NCBI GenBank assembly: GCA_046563655.1
Contig: CM102284.1
Span: 2,480,001 to 2,544,000 of the forward strand
From: Yuukianura sp. NJ FZ-2021
Lineage: Eukaryota
DNA length: 64,000 bases
Direction of reading: 5' to 3'
A program made the translations under genes and the position numbers. The notes beneath the pieces are model-generated. The model did not search any database and was not told the DNA's origin. It was given only the letters and a program-made list of their open reading frames with translations. Position 1 is the first letter of the stretch, and each line of letters starts with the position of its first letter. Below, piece after piece: positions 11,812 to 22,348 of the stretch.

Positions 11812-12712
11812 TTTTCAAAGTGTATACACACGTGCCGTGAAGTCTTAATATCGCAAAATCCAGACGCTGTGTAACATAAGTTTTGCAGTGGTATATATAT
11901 CGTGTTTAAATTGGCCAAACATGATTACATAATTAGAAAAGTGTGTCGCTTATTTAATATGTAGTTGATAGTTTTATTGTAGGCGGTTAAAGGTGGTTTC
12001 CATTACATATCGTCTTGACCGTAATTAAATACTCAAAATTAGAAATTAGAAACCGTTAACAAATCCAGTTTCAGCCTACTTTGTAAAACATTTCCGTGTT
12101 GCGAGAAACATTCGACTAACAAGATTTCTATACCGCTAAGCCACCAATCTAATGAAGCAAATGGTGTTAGTTGAATGGCTTTTCCTAGTATGTCACAGCA
12201 GGTTTCAATTTCACTTCAATGTCAATTTCAATTCTCACTGAAATTTTTTTTTAATTAATAATGAAATGTAGTATCTAATGCTAAAATTATCTTCGCAATT
12301 CTGGGTTTTGTTTTTCGACAAATTTTGGCATCCGAGGTGCGTTTGCCATGCGCAGAATGAGAATATAAGCCGGAAAGCTTGAACAGAAATAAATTTCCTT
12401 TTTTTTTTCCTTTCTACCTACTACTTATATGGAAACGGGATCATATGGTTTTGGCTTTTACAAGAATTTTACGATTGTCGTCCACTTGAATTATTACAAA
12501 GAGCTTGTAGCATTGAAACGTTAAAGTTCTAAATTTGCCTTTTTTCAAGTGAAGTGTTTAAAAACCATTTCAGATTTCACACTAATCTGCAGATCTGCAT
12601 GACAACTTTAAGTTAAAATAAAGTGTTGATTATTTAGTGAAGCGAAACGAATTTGTAAGAAGTGTGCCAACTTTTGTATTCATTTGTCACAATTTTGATT
12701 AATCATAACATA

Positions 12713-13539
12713 ATGTCATCTAAGAAAAAATCTCCAACCAGCATCAAGATGACGCTTCATAAGCCCAAGCTGATTGTTTTTGACTTGGGTAAGACGTTTG
12801 GAATTGATAGATTTCGTGATAGATTGAACAATTTCAAAATTAGAAAATCCGAAAACAAGAGTTATAGATTATTAAAATTGTTTCAGACCGTACCTTGTGG
12901 CCATTTTGGGTTGACACTCACTTTGATCCTCCATTCACAAAAGAAGGGTAATTTAGGAAAATTTTGTTTAAAGTTAAATACTTAATTCAGAATTTAAATA
13001 AATTGAGGGAAGTAAAATTCTTGTGAATGTGATGAGGTGGAAATAATTTCGGAATACTTCTTGTTTCAGGGACAATGTTGTTGACAAGTATGGTATGCCC
13101 GTGAACTACTACGAGGATGTACCCAGGATGCTCGACCACTTAAAGTCAGAAGGCTATCAGTTGGCAGTTGCATCAAGAACGGAAGAGACCGAATCAGCCA
13201 AACAGTTGATTGAGCTGTTCAATTGGAAACACTACTTCAAGTACATACAGATTTACCCTGGCAACAAGAAAACTCATTTTCAAGCGTAAGATATTTTAGA
13301 TCCCATCAAAGAATTTCTTAACCAGGATGTTAAACTGATCTTCACTACTTTTTTTTTGGTTTAGTTTTAAAAACTGTGCAAAAATCGACTACAAAGATAT
13401 GCTTTTCTTCGATGACGAGCAGCGGAACATTGCAGACATTTCGAGCATCGGTTGCTGCACTTACTTGACTGAAGATGGATTGACAATGGAAGTCCTAGCA
13501 AAAGGTCTTCTAAAATTTGACAAGCACTACACGAAGTAG
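12713..13539 (+). CDS. MDP1: Magnesium-dependent phosphatase 1-like HAD phosphatase
   Basis: Four exons. PKLIVFDL|DRTLWPFWVDTH (DxDxT motif), AVASRT, IYPGNKKTHF and MLFFDDEQRN; stop TAG at 13537-13539. Confidence 0.9.
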
Positions 13540-13906
13540 ATTACAAATATTAGAACGATTCTAACAGACGTACCCAAATTTCGAATTTTATAAAGTACAC
13601 GCTCATTTAAGAAGATTATATCTATGTAACTCACTTCACTTTTTAAAATATTTCATATCATTTACTTTTGTTTATTTTTATTCGTTTAGTAGGCTCTTGG
13701 AACTATAAGTGCCTCAATCAGATTTGTTTAACGAAAACTAGGAATTTTCAAATAAAGTTGTTTGCTTTTGGCAAAACTCACTTTTGGGTGGAGACGCTTA
13801 TTTGGAGGGGCGCGTTAACTTTTCAATGCCGATTCCCGAATATGGTCATTTGGCTCCAATTTAAAAATCACTCATCTTTCCATTCCAGAATTTACACAAA
13901 TTATTA

Positions 13907-15233
13907 TTAAAGTGCAATAAGTAGTGAAAATGTAATGTCCATAATCGTAGTAAGGAACGTAACAAGTGTTCTTCTTCCAAAAGTGTAAAATAGTCCCATA
14001 TTAACAGTAAGCGGTTTGGCCGATTTGAGGAACAAGTCAAAGTGTCGTAAATGCTTTTGTCCTCTAATTCTCGATTTCCAAGTAACCTTGACCTGTCGTA
14101 TATGTTTCTCAATTACGTACCCCCATGGGTCTAGGAATACTCCGACAGCAACACAACCAACAAAACTAAATGGCATCAATGAATAATCTGCAATCGGAAC
14201 TGTACCGAATTGACGAACAGAACCGTACAAACTTGTTGACGCCAGCACAATTGTAAAAACTTTTTGAGTAACCACGGTGATCCGCATTCCCTGATTGAAG
14301 CAAGTCCACAAAATTTGAAATGATCGGTATGAAATCATGAAACGCTGAATGTGTTCCACATCCCATCGAAATCTAAGGTTAAAGTTTTATCTTTTTATCT
14401 AATGTTACTATAACGTTTAGGTTGTTTGAAAATTGAAATAATTAGAGTTCACCTGATTTGCTTGAGCCAGAACGAGCACATGTAGAGTTGTGAAAGTCCG
14501 GGCAGAGCATATAGCGTACAATGCATCCAGAAGATGATGACTCCCATGGCTTCCGGCAGAATAAACAAAATTTTGATTAAAATTGTATCAAACCGTGAGC
14601 CGACCAGTAGCGAGTAGACGTAGATGGGCAGTTGTGATTTTGTTAAGTAGATGCCCACTTGAGAAAGTCCTTGGATTAGAATGAAGTAGATGTAAAACTT
14701 TACCGCTCTTCCTGGAATGTCAGTTTTCCCGCCCATAGAAACATATTCACCTATTGTACAAGATTTTTTAGATTATGATTTTCTATTGCAAAAGCCTGTG
14801 ATTAAACCAAACCACTATTTCGAAGTTTGAAAAGTGTAGTAGTTTCTCAAAATAATTTGTTTTTACCGCTGTTCGCCAGTTTTCGCTCATATCGATAGAA
14901 AAGCGTCCACCCTTGACAGTACTCTACTTCGTAAAAGTTAGTATTTGCATTGAGTGCCAAACCCATTGTAGAAGCTGCGACGAAGAAAAATTGCAAAAAG
15001 ACCAAGTTAGGATCAAACGTATTCGTCAGCAAAGAATGAAGGAATCGCCCAATACGAAACGCCGCCTGAAACGCTAAGAAGGCCGAGACGCACTTGAATC
15101 CCAGTCGCCGCCAAACAGCATCCGAAGATGTCAGAATTTTACGGTTCCCATCCCAGATACAGGGAAGCACTACCCATTGACATGCCTTAGCTAAGGTTCG
15201 ATTTAGTGCGTCCAAAATATATGGAGAAAGCAT
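13907..15233 (-). CDS. Gustatory-receptor-like 7TM chemoreceptor (copy A, intact)
   Basis: Three hydrophobic exons (ORFs 14847-15233, 14449-14736, 13907-14359). C-terminus PLTVNMGLFYTFGRRTLVTFLTTIMDITFSLL resembles the TM7 region of arthropod GR/OR-superfamily proteins. Confidence 0.7.
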
Positions 15234-15894
15234 ATTACTAACTTCAGAAACGTTTCTGCGACAACTGTTACAGCTCTCTCAAATTTGCCATTCCGATAAT
15301 AGCACACATGGCTCCTTGGCAAAATGAGTTATTGTTTACAAAGAAAAGACGCATTTTGACTTAAATGACTTATTTAGTTGTTATAAAGTTATTTAGTTGG
15401 CTTATTTAGTTAGTGAAGGACACGCTTAAAAAGAAAAGACAACAAAATTACAAAATATTACCATCTTATATATTATTTGTAATATTCTTTGTTTTTGTAC
15501 GGCATTTTGAATTGTTTAAGTTTTTTGTATTTAATTAACTAAAAACCGAAACGAAGGAAGGAGAAAATGGATGGTAAACACATTTGAATCCTAGGCTTAT
15601 TTGCACAACAATTTCGTTGGCCTTATTTGAACAACATTTACTCGATGACTTTCAATTGGCTCTTATTTTAAAATTTTAGATATCAATTCCCAATTTTTAA
15701 CAGATTTCAAAATGCCACAAGTAGCGAAAATGTAATGTCCATAATCGTAGTGAGGAACGTAACCATTGTTTGTCTTCCAAAAGTGTAAAACGGCCCAATG
15801 TTTACGGAAAGTGGTTTAGCTGATTTGAGGAACAAGTTGAGGTGTCTAAGATCTTCTTGTCCATTGAGTGTCGATTTCCATTTGAGATTGACCT

Positions 15895-17182
15895 TTTTTT
15901 TTTTTTTTTTTTATTTGTAAATTACTCTCCCTGCGGGCCCGAAGCCCATGGAGAGGGAGTTCGAGTGGAGTTTGTGTACATTAAATTACTAATTTAAATG
16001 AAATGGAATTTTAGTATAAATTTGAAATGAGCGTTGGTTCCGATGTTTTGCAACTGTCTTCATGGTATTACTGGTTACGATGAGTGTCGAATGCAATGTG
16101 CATTGTTTGCAGTTTCATTGGTGTTGGAGGTGCTTTGTAGGTCATAGAGCATTGCTGGATGGGCTGGATTCGGCTTTGAAAGATTTGGAGATTGTTTAAA
16201 GATGCTGATTCTGAGTTTATGGATGTATTTTGGATTCGGATGTGTCAGCAGTTCCGAGGGATGAGTCTCCTTCGAAATTTGGGTTGCGAGTACGTTTGCA
16301 AGTTGTTGGAACGATGATGAATTTGTTGAATGATGATTTGTTTTTGAGAGGTTATTGACGTATCGGTTGAATGTCACCGTTGGGGTCAAGTTTGTAGCGC
16401 GAAGATCGGCCGTTGCTTGTGGTCGTCAAGGTTCCGTTCCGGACGGTGAATCTTAGTCCTGGGGTCAGCTTGGCCAAGTCGATGGCTGTGTTTCGCAGCT
16501 TCGTTTCTACGGTCCTTTCGTGTGCCGTTTTTTCGGAGCGAATTTGTATGGTTTTGAAATCCGGGTCGGGGCTCAGCGTCTTCAGTTTTCTGAAAATTTC
16601 AAACTTGTCTTTTCGCCTGATGAGCTTCACTTGAACTGGTCGAGGTCTTTGGATTCCTTGCTTGAATCTTCCCAATCTTCGGGTGTGGCTGTAGTCTGTG
16701 CCGGTCAAATCGAATTTGGAAAGGAGAGTGTCAATTTTACCTTCTAGATCTGCTGTGGTTTCCGTGTCAGCGTCTGGAATGCCGTATACAATGATGTTCG
16801 ATTCAATTGACTCCCTCTTAAGTTTTTCGAGTTCATTTTCCAGAACATCCACTCTGTTGACAACACTGACCAACGCAGAGAAATCGGTGTCATTGATCTT
16901 TGTAATCGCAGATTCAAAGTCAATAAGCTTCGAAAGTAGGTAGTTGATTTTGTCTTCTAAGTTTCCGCGTGATGCTTCTTCCCTAATCCTTTTGTCTTCT
17001 TTTCCTTGGTCGTTTGGTTTCAAAGGTGAAGACGCTATGCGTTTTGCAGCAGCAGTACCAAAGAGACTTTTTGGCTCATTAGGTGGTGGGGAGCGATTTA
17101 CTCGGAACATGTTTTCTATTGTTCTTTAATTAAGAGCAAAAGAGTGTACGTCTAATCTGGAGTGTGTCTAAACTCGAACTCC
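15895..17182 (-). mobile_element. Non-LTR retroelement of about 1.29 kb, ORF1 only, with poly(A) tail and 14-bp TSD
   Basis: TSD TTTGAGATTGACCT at 15881-15894 and 17183-17196. Poly-T run at about 15894-15912 is the minus-strand tail. GC-rich stem-loop at about 15924-15960. Confidence 0.92.
16352..17110 (-). CDS. LINE ORF1-like protein (coiled coil + RRM-like L1-transposase region, 252 aa)
   Basis: ATG-to-stop ORF. Coiled coil RVDVLENELEKLKRES is followed by NIIVYGIPD and RRLGRF...PRPVQVKL, typical of CR1/L2/L1 ORF1 proteins. Confidence 0.85.
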   Translation of the reverse strand: MFRVNRSPPPNEPKSLFGTAAAKRIASSPLKPNDQGKEDKRIREEASRGNLEDKINYLLSKLIDFESAITKINDTDFSALVSVVNRVDVLENELEKLKRESIESNIIVYGIPDADTETTADLEGKIDTLLSKFDLTGTDYSHTRRLGRFKQGIQRPRPVQVKLIRRKDKFEIFRKLKTLSPDPDFKTIQIRSEKTAHERTVETKLRNTAIDLAKLTPGLRFTVRNGTLTTTSNGRSSRYKLDPNGDIQPIRQ

Positions 17183-18477
17183 TTTGAGATTGACCTGTTG
17201 TACATGTTTCTCAATCGCGTACCCCCAGGGGTCTAGAAACACTCCGACAGCAACACAGCACATAAAGGTAAATGGCATAAGAGAGTAGTCTGCAATGGGA
17301 ACAGTGCCGAATTGTCGAATGGAGCCATACATACTTGTTGATGCCAACACAATTGAACACACTTTTTGCGCAATCATAGTTATCTGCATTCCCTGGTTGA
17401 AGCAAGTCCACAAAATTTGAAACGAACGGTATGAAATCATGTAACGACGGATATGCTCCATAGTATCTCCAAATCTACAGTAAAAATTGGATCCAACGTT
17501 TTCTAAAGCTTCATAAATTTTTGCAGTGTAAGATTAGGATGTGAGACTCTTCACCTGATTTGCTTGAGCCAGAACGGGCACAAGTAGAGGTGTGAAAGTC
17601 CAGGCAGAGCGTAAAGTGTAAAATGGATCCAGAAGATGACGACTCCAATAGCTTCCGGAATGATAAACAAAATTTTGATTAAAATTGTATCAAACCGTGA
17701 GCCGACTAGTAGCGAGTAGACGTAGATGGGTAGTTGTGATTTTGTTAAGTAAATCCCCAATTGTGAAAGGCATTGAATTATAACAATGGAGATGTAAAAT
17801 TTTGCCGCTCTTCCTGGAATGTCGGTTTTCCCGCCCATAGAAACATATTCACCTATTGTACAAAATTTTTCAAATAATGATTTTCCATCATAAGAGCTTG
17901 TGATTAAAACAAGCAGCTATTTCGGAAAGTTTGAAATTAGTTCTACAAAATAATTTACCGCCGCTCGCCAGGTACCGCTCATATCGAAAGAAAAGCGTCC
18001 ACCCTTGACAGTACTCTAGTTCGTAAAATGCTGTATTTACGTTGAGTGCCAGAACCATTGTAGAGGCTGCGACGAAGAAAAATTGCAAAAAGACCAAGTT
18101 CGGTTCAAACGTGTTCGTTAGCAACGAGTAAAGGAATCGTCCAATACGAAACGCAGCCTGAAACGCTAGGTAGGCGGAGACGCACTTGAATCTGAATCGA
18201 CGCCGAGAGTCGTCCGATGATGTAAGAATTTTACGCCTTCCGTCCCAGTTACAAGGAAGCATTGCCCAGCGACAAGCTTTCGTAAGGCTTCGATCCAATG
18301 CCGACAAAATATACGGAGAAAGCATGTTCTTTGGTCAATTTCAGAAACATCACTGTAAGTAAGCTGTTTTGTCAAAAAATTTTAAAGCGATAATATTTTG
18401 TGACTCTTAACCTTGGTAAAATGCTTTGTTTACGCTGAAAAGTATTGTAGTTTGATTTAGTTGACTTAAGTGCAGAC

Positions 18478-19293
18478 TAGGGGTCGGAATCCGGAACGGG
18501 TTTCTTAAAATCCGGATTTCGGATTTTGACGGATTTCAATCCTGAAATCCGGATTTAAATCCGGATTTCAATTTCTGTGTTAACTCCCATAAGAAATTCA
18601 GAATTGATTTAAGCTGTCGGAATTGCAGGTTGGAAACACTCGTAGCTAAAACCTTGATGATAAATTCGGCGTGTTTATTTTTTGAATCAAATTACTAGTG
18701 TTGAAAAAAAATGAAACATTGACACAACATTAGCACAACATTGGCACAACATTAGCACAACATTGGCACAACATTGGCACAACATTGGCACAACATTGGC
18801 ACAACATTAGCACAACATTAGCACAACATTGGCACAACATTGGCACAACATTGGCACAACATTAGCACAACATTAGCACAACATTGGCACAACATTAGCA
18901 CAACATTGGCACAACATTAGCACAACATTAGCACAACATTGGCACAACATTGGCACAACATTGGCACAACATTAGCACAACATTGGCACAACATTAGCAC
19001 AACATTGGCACAACATTGGCACAACATTAGCACAACATTAGCACAACATTGGCACAACATTGGCACAACATTAGCACAACATTAGCACAACATTAGCACA
19101 ACATTGGCACAACAATACAAAATACGGTATTTTACGAACCATGAAATTGAATATGCCCGCACATGCCATCGAATAGCTCTTGAAATCCGTAGAAATCCGG
19201 ATTTCAGTATTTAAAAATCCGGATTTTGGATAATCCGAATCCGTCAAAAATCCGGATTTGAATCCGGAGCCAAAATCCGGATTCCGACCCCTA
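18478..19293. mobile_element. hAT-type non-autonomous DNA transposon (MITE)
   Basis: TIRs TAGGGGTCGGAATCCGGA and TCCGGATTCCGACCCCTA. 8-bp TSD GTGCAGAC at 18470-18477 and 19294-19301. Multiple subterminal AATCCGGATT palindromes at both ends and no ORF. Confidence 0.93.
18723..19114 (+). repeat. 11-bp minisatellite CACAACATT(A/G)G, 35 units
   Basis: Directly visible tandem array inside the MITE; units differ only at one A/G position. Confidence 0.97.
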
Positions 19294-21897
19294 GTGCAGA
19301 CATAATTCCACGGTCAGTATTATAATGGTCAGGGTAGTACATCAATTACGGCTGGAAATAGGAGTTAAACTGATTGAGAAATACAAACAAAATTAAGGAA
19401 TTATTTACAATTTAAGGTTTAAACTGTAAAACATTATTTACAACGACAGTTGAAATGGTTTATGGGTTGGATAAATTGGCTTCAGAGTAAAATCATGGCT
19501 TACCTCAATGTTAGTTATTCAACCTAACTTGTTAACATAGAAATGATCAATTTTTCTAAAATTTTATATTCTAACAGAAGAAAGTGGTTTTGAAAACACA
19601 AGCTTTTCCATAAACTTCGTAAATAGAAGCCTAGAAACAACGAAAAGCTAAAGCGCCCTCTGAAAAGCGACAAACGTTAACACACAACTGTGGTTCTCCC
19701 GGCATTTTGTTTTCGACTTTTAGATAAATTAGATAAATCAGTTTGCACAAAATTCTGGAAGTTTTTCCACTAAGACGGTTCCTTTGTTTAGAATAAAAAA
19801 CCAAAAAGTGTGGCTGTGAAATGCAGAGATATTCTCACAGAAAAGTTTCTTTTTCTTTTTTTCAAGTTTTAAAATTGCGTTTCAGGTTTATAAAAAAGTG
19901 AATGAACAAAGGCATATTGGAGCGGCAGATGGGGGAGCGAGAATCTTAATAATATTAAAACTTTTTTTAATAACCTTCATCTCTGGCAGGATGTTGATGC
20001 ATTTGCATTGCAAAACCTTACGTACTTGAGGTCGTGGTAATGAAGGCATGAAAAAAAAAGTTTACGAGCACATCTGTATTTTCCCGTCTTATAAAATGAG
20101 TTCGGCCCGAAAAAAAAATTTAAAGTCTCTGCTTTCAAAATTTTCACTGAAATGAAGGAAGGTGAGCCGGAGAAAGCCTCAAATCAACTTAAACTGATTT
20201 CATTAAGACACTTTTGCTATCTACTAAAAAAATTTACGCCTACACGCTTCTTTCATAAAGTCATTTTCTGTCCCAACCCTTAGCATCCTAACTCAATAAT
20301 GACAAAGAACGCAATCAAAAATAATTTAATAAAGTTTCTACATTTTTTCGTCGAATGCTTAATTAACCTTTTCCTTACAAAAATCCAAATTCAAGTTTTC
20401 TTTTCCAGACAGTTTCTTTTAGGAAAACGCTGATTACCCCTCCACAGTAATGTGTTCTTTTGAAAGCTAGTTTAGGTAGAGATGATTGCATTTTGAATCG
20501 AGGTTTACATTTTAGTTGTTTTAAGTTTAGGTTAAAAATTAAACATTGAAAAAAAATTTAAATTTTAAACTTTGAAGGTTCAGGTTTAGGCTATAATTGC
20601 TTAAACACCAACACGGTATTATCGGAAACTCGGTTAGACACGCATGATTGGTTGAAGAATGAGTGAAAAGAGGTTACGATCGGGTGGTTGCCAGTCTGAA
20701 ACGATGATATGCAAAACTGCTTTGTGTAATGGTTGAAGGTTGTTGTAATTTTGAAAATTTTGAGGCGGTGGGAAGTAAATTCGCAACGGTTATTACTCTG
20801 AAACCATTTTGTTTTATTTGATTGGGAACAATAGTAAGAGCAATTTGGGTTTTTAGAACCATTGCAAAAGCGCAAAAACCCCGGATTTTCTGTTCCAAAA
20901 AATAGTTTTTTCTTGTTTCCAAATCCTGTTTAAACATTTTGCATAAAGAGTGACATTCATTTTTATTCTTCCTCATTTTCCGTTTTGGCGGGTCTGTGAT
21001 GGAGACAAAGTGAGAAATTTAGTTTCCCATTTTCTCAGTTCCGAAACATCTTTCTAAAGCTCCAACTTTCTCCATTCTTTTCACTCATTTTTGTGGTGAA
21101 GTTGAGCTCATGGCTTTAGCGTCGTTTATAATATCCGGATTACTATAAAGAGCATGCACTGAGCATGAGTATCCGTGCAATACATAAGAAAGACACAAAA
21201 ACGCTTGAAAAAAACTATCTTTTGACAGACAAAGTCCTCCCAAGTCAAATTTTGTTTAATAACGCTCAACTCTTCATGTTAGTTCACTCACTGTCACACC
21301 AAACTGTCCTCTCTGGTTGAAACATTTCACAATTTTATTTAATTAAATTTAAAAAAAAAATATTTTTTTTTAGATTTGTAACAAATTTTTGATTTTGATT
21401 AAAAACCGGGATAAAGCGGCATCATAGACTCAAATGGGATTTTGAGTAGAGGACATGAGAAAGCAACTGGGGATTTGCTCGCTTTCAATAAAGTGGGACG
21501 TGGAGTGAAAGTCAAATGAGTTTAAAAAGTGAAGGGGACGTGCTTAGTATGGCTGTGTTCAAATGACACAGGAGAAGGATTTTGTTCAAGTAAACTTTTT
21601 TGAGAAGCAAAACACTTTTCATGCCCATTAAAACTAAAAACACACTGCATTATTCAACAAGTTTGTGTTAGATCAATTTTGAAGTTTAGAGGATGAGGGT
21701 GTGAAAACGGATTATGAAGGAGAGAAAACTGGCCTTTCCTGCCCCGTGGTTCAGTCGACTGAGGATGTGAAAGTACGAGGAAAACTTTTTCGGAGTTCAA
21801 ACTTCTGTGCTGAATATTAAAGGAAACTGAAAATTGTGAAAATGATCTAAGCCTGCTGAGTTTTCTATTTTGGATACCATGGTCAGCTTAGGTCCTG

Positions 21898-22348
21898 TGA
21901 GGATATCTTCAATTAGAGAGTAGTTGCATGTATAGCTTGTATCCAAATCCACAATGTTCTCCCGTAATGCTCACTCAACATAGAATAAATAGTGAATGCT
22001 GTTGTATTGCTAGTAATACTGTCCTAACACAATAACGTTAGAAGATGACTGAGGATATCCTCAAAGCGGATAAATATAAAACTTAACATCAAGTTCGTTT
22101 TTATAGCCAATACCCGGAATGTATCGCATTCCAGGATGCAAGTGAGGAATGAGGAAGTACTCACATACCTTGTAATTTATTGTTATTCGTCGAATGAAAT
22201 GAGGATATCCTCAAGCCATGTTCATAACACAGTAGTGTGCATCTCTGGCTTTTTCATACAGTGACAGATGACGACGGTGTCAAAATGTTTTAACGCATAT
22301 TAAAAAAAAATGGGCACTTTTGATTCAGTGGAGCTGAGGAAATCCTCT
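21898..22348. repeat. Four spaced copies of the palindrome TGAGGATATCCTCA
   Basis: Perfect copies at 22050-22063 and 22200-22213; variants at 21898-21911 (TGAGGATATCTTCA) and 22335-22348 (TGAGGAAATCCTCT). Confidence 0.75.

Larger units (their letters stand above)
15707..18325 (-). pseudogene. GR-like paralogue (copy B) interrupted in its last exon by a non-LTR element
   Basis: Exons closely match copy A. The reading frame breaks after HVQQVNLK and the remaining coding sequence (...TIMDITFSLLVAF*) lies at about 15880-15707, beyond the insertion. Confidence 0.85.

Noticed and set aside
12713-13539. MDP-1 as a prenyl-phosphate phosphatase member of the terpene cluster
   Set aside because: MDP-1 is a widely conserved eukaryotic gene; only adjacency supports the link.
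16075-16389. 104-aa ORF as LINE ORF2
   Set aside because: No endonuclease or RT motifs and N/S/H/P-biased composition; at most a remnant or 3' UTR.
18723-19114. CRISPR-like array
   Set aside because: Contiguous 11-bp units with no unique spacers, no cas genes and a eukaryotic context; it is a minisatellite.
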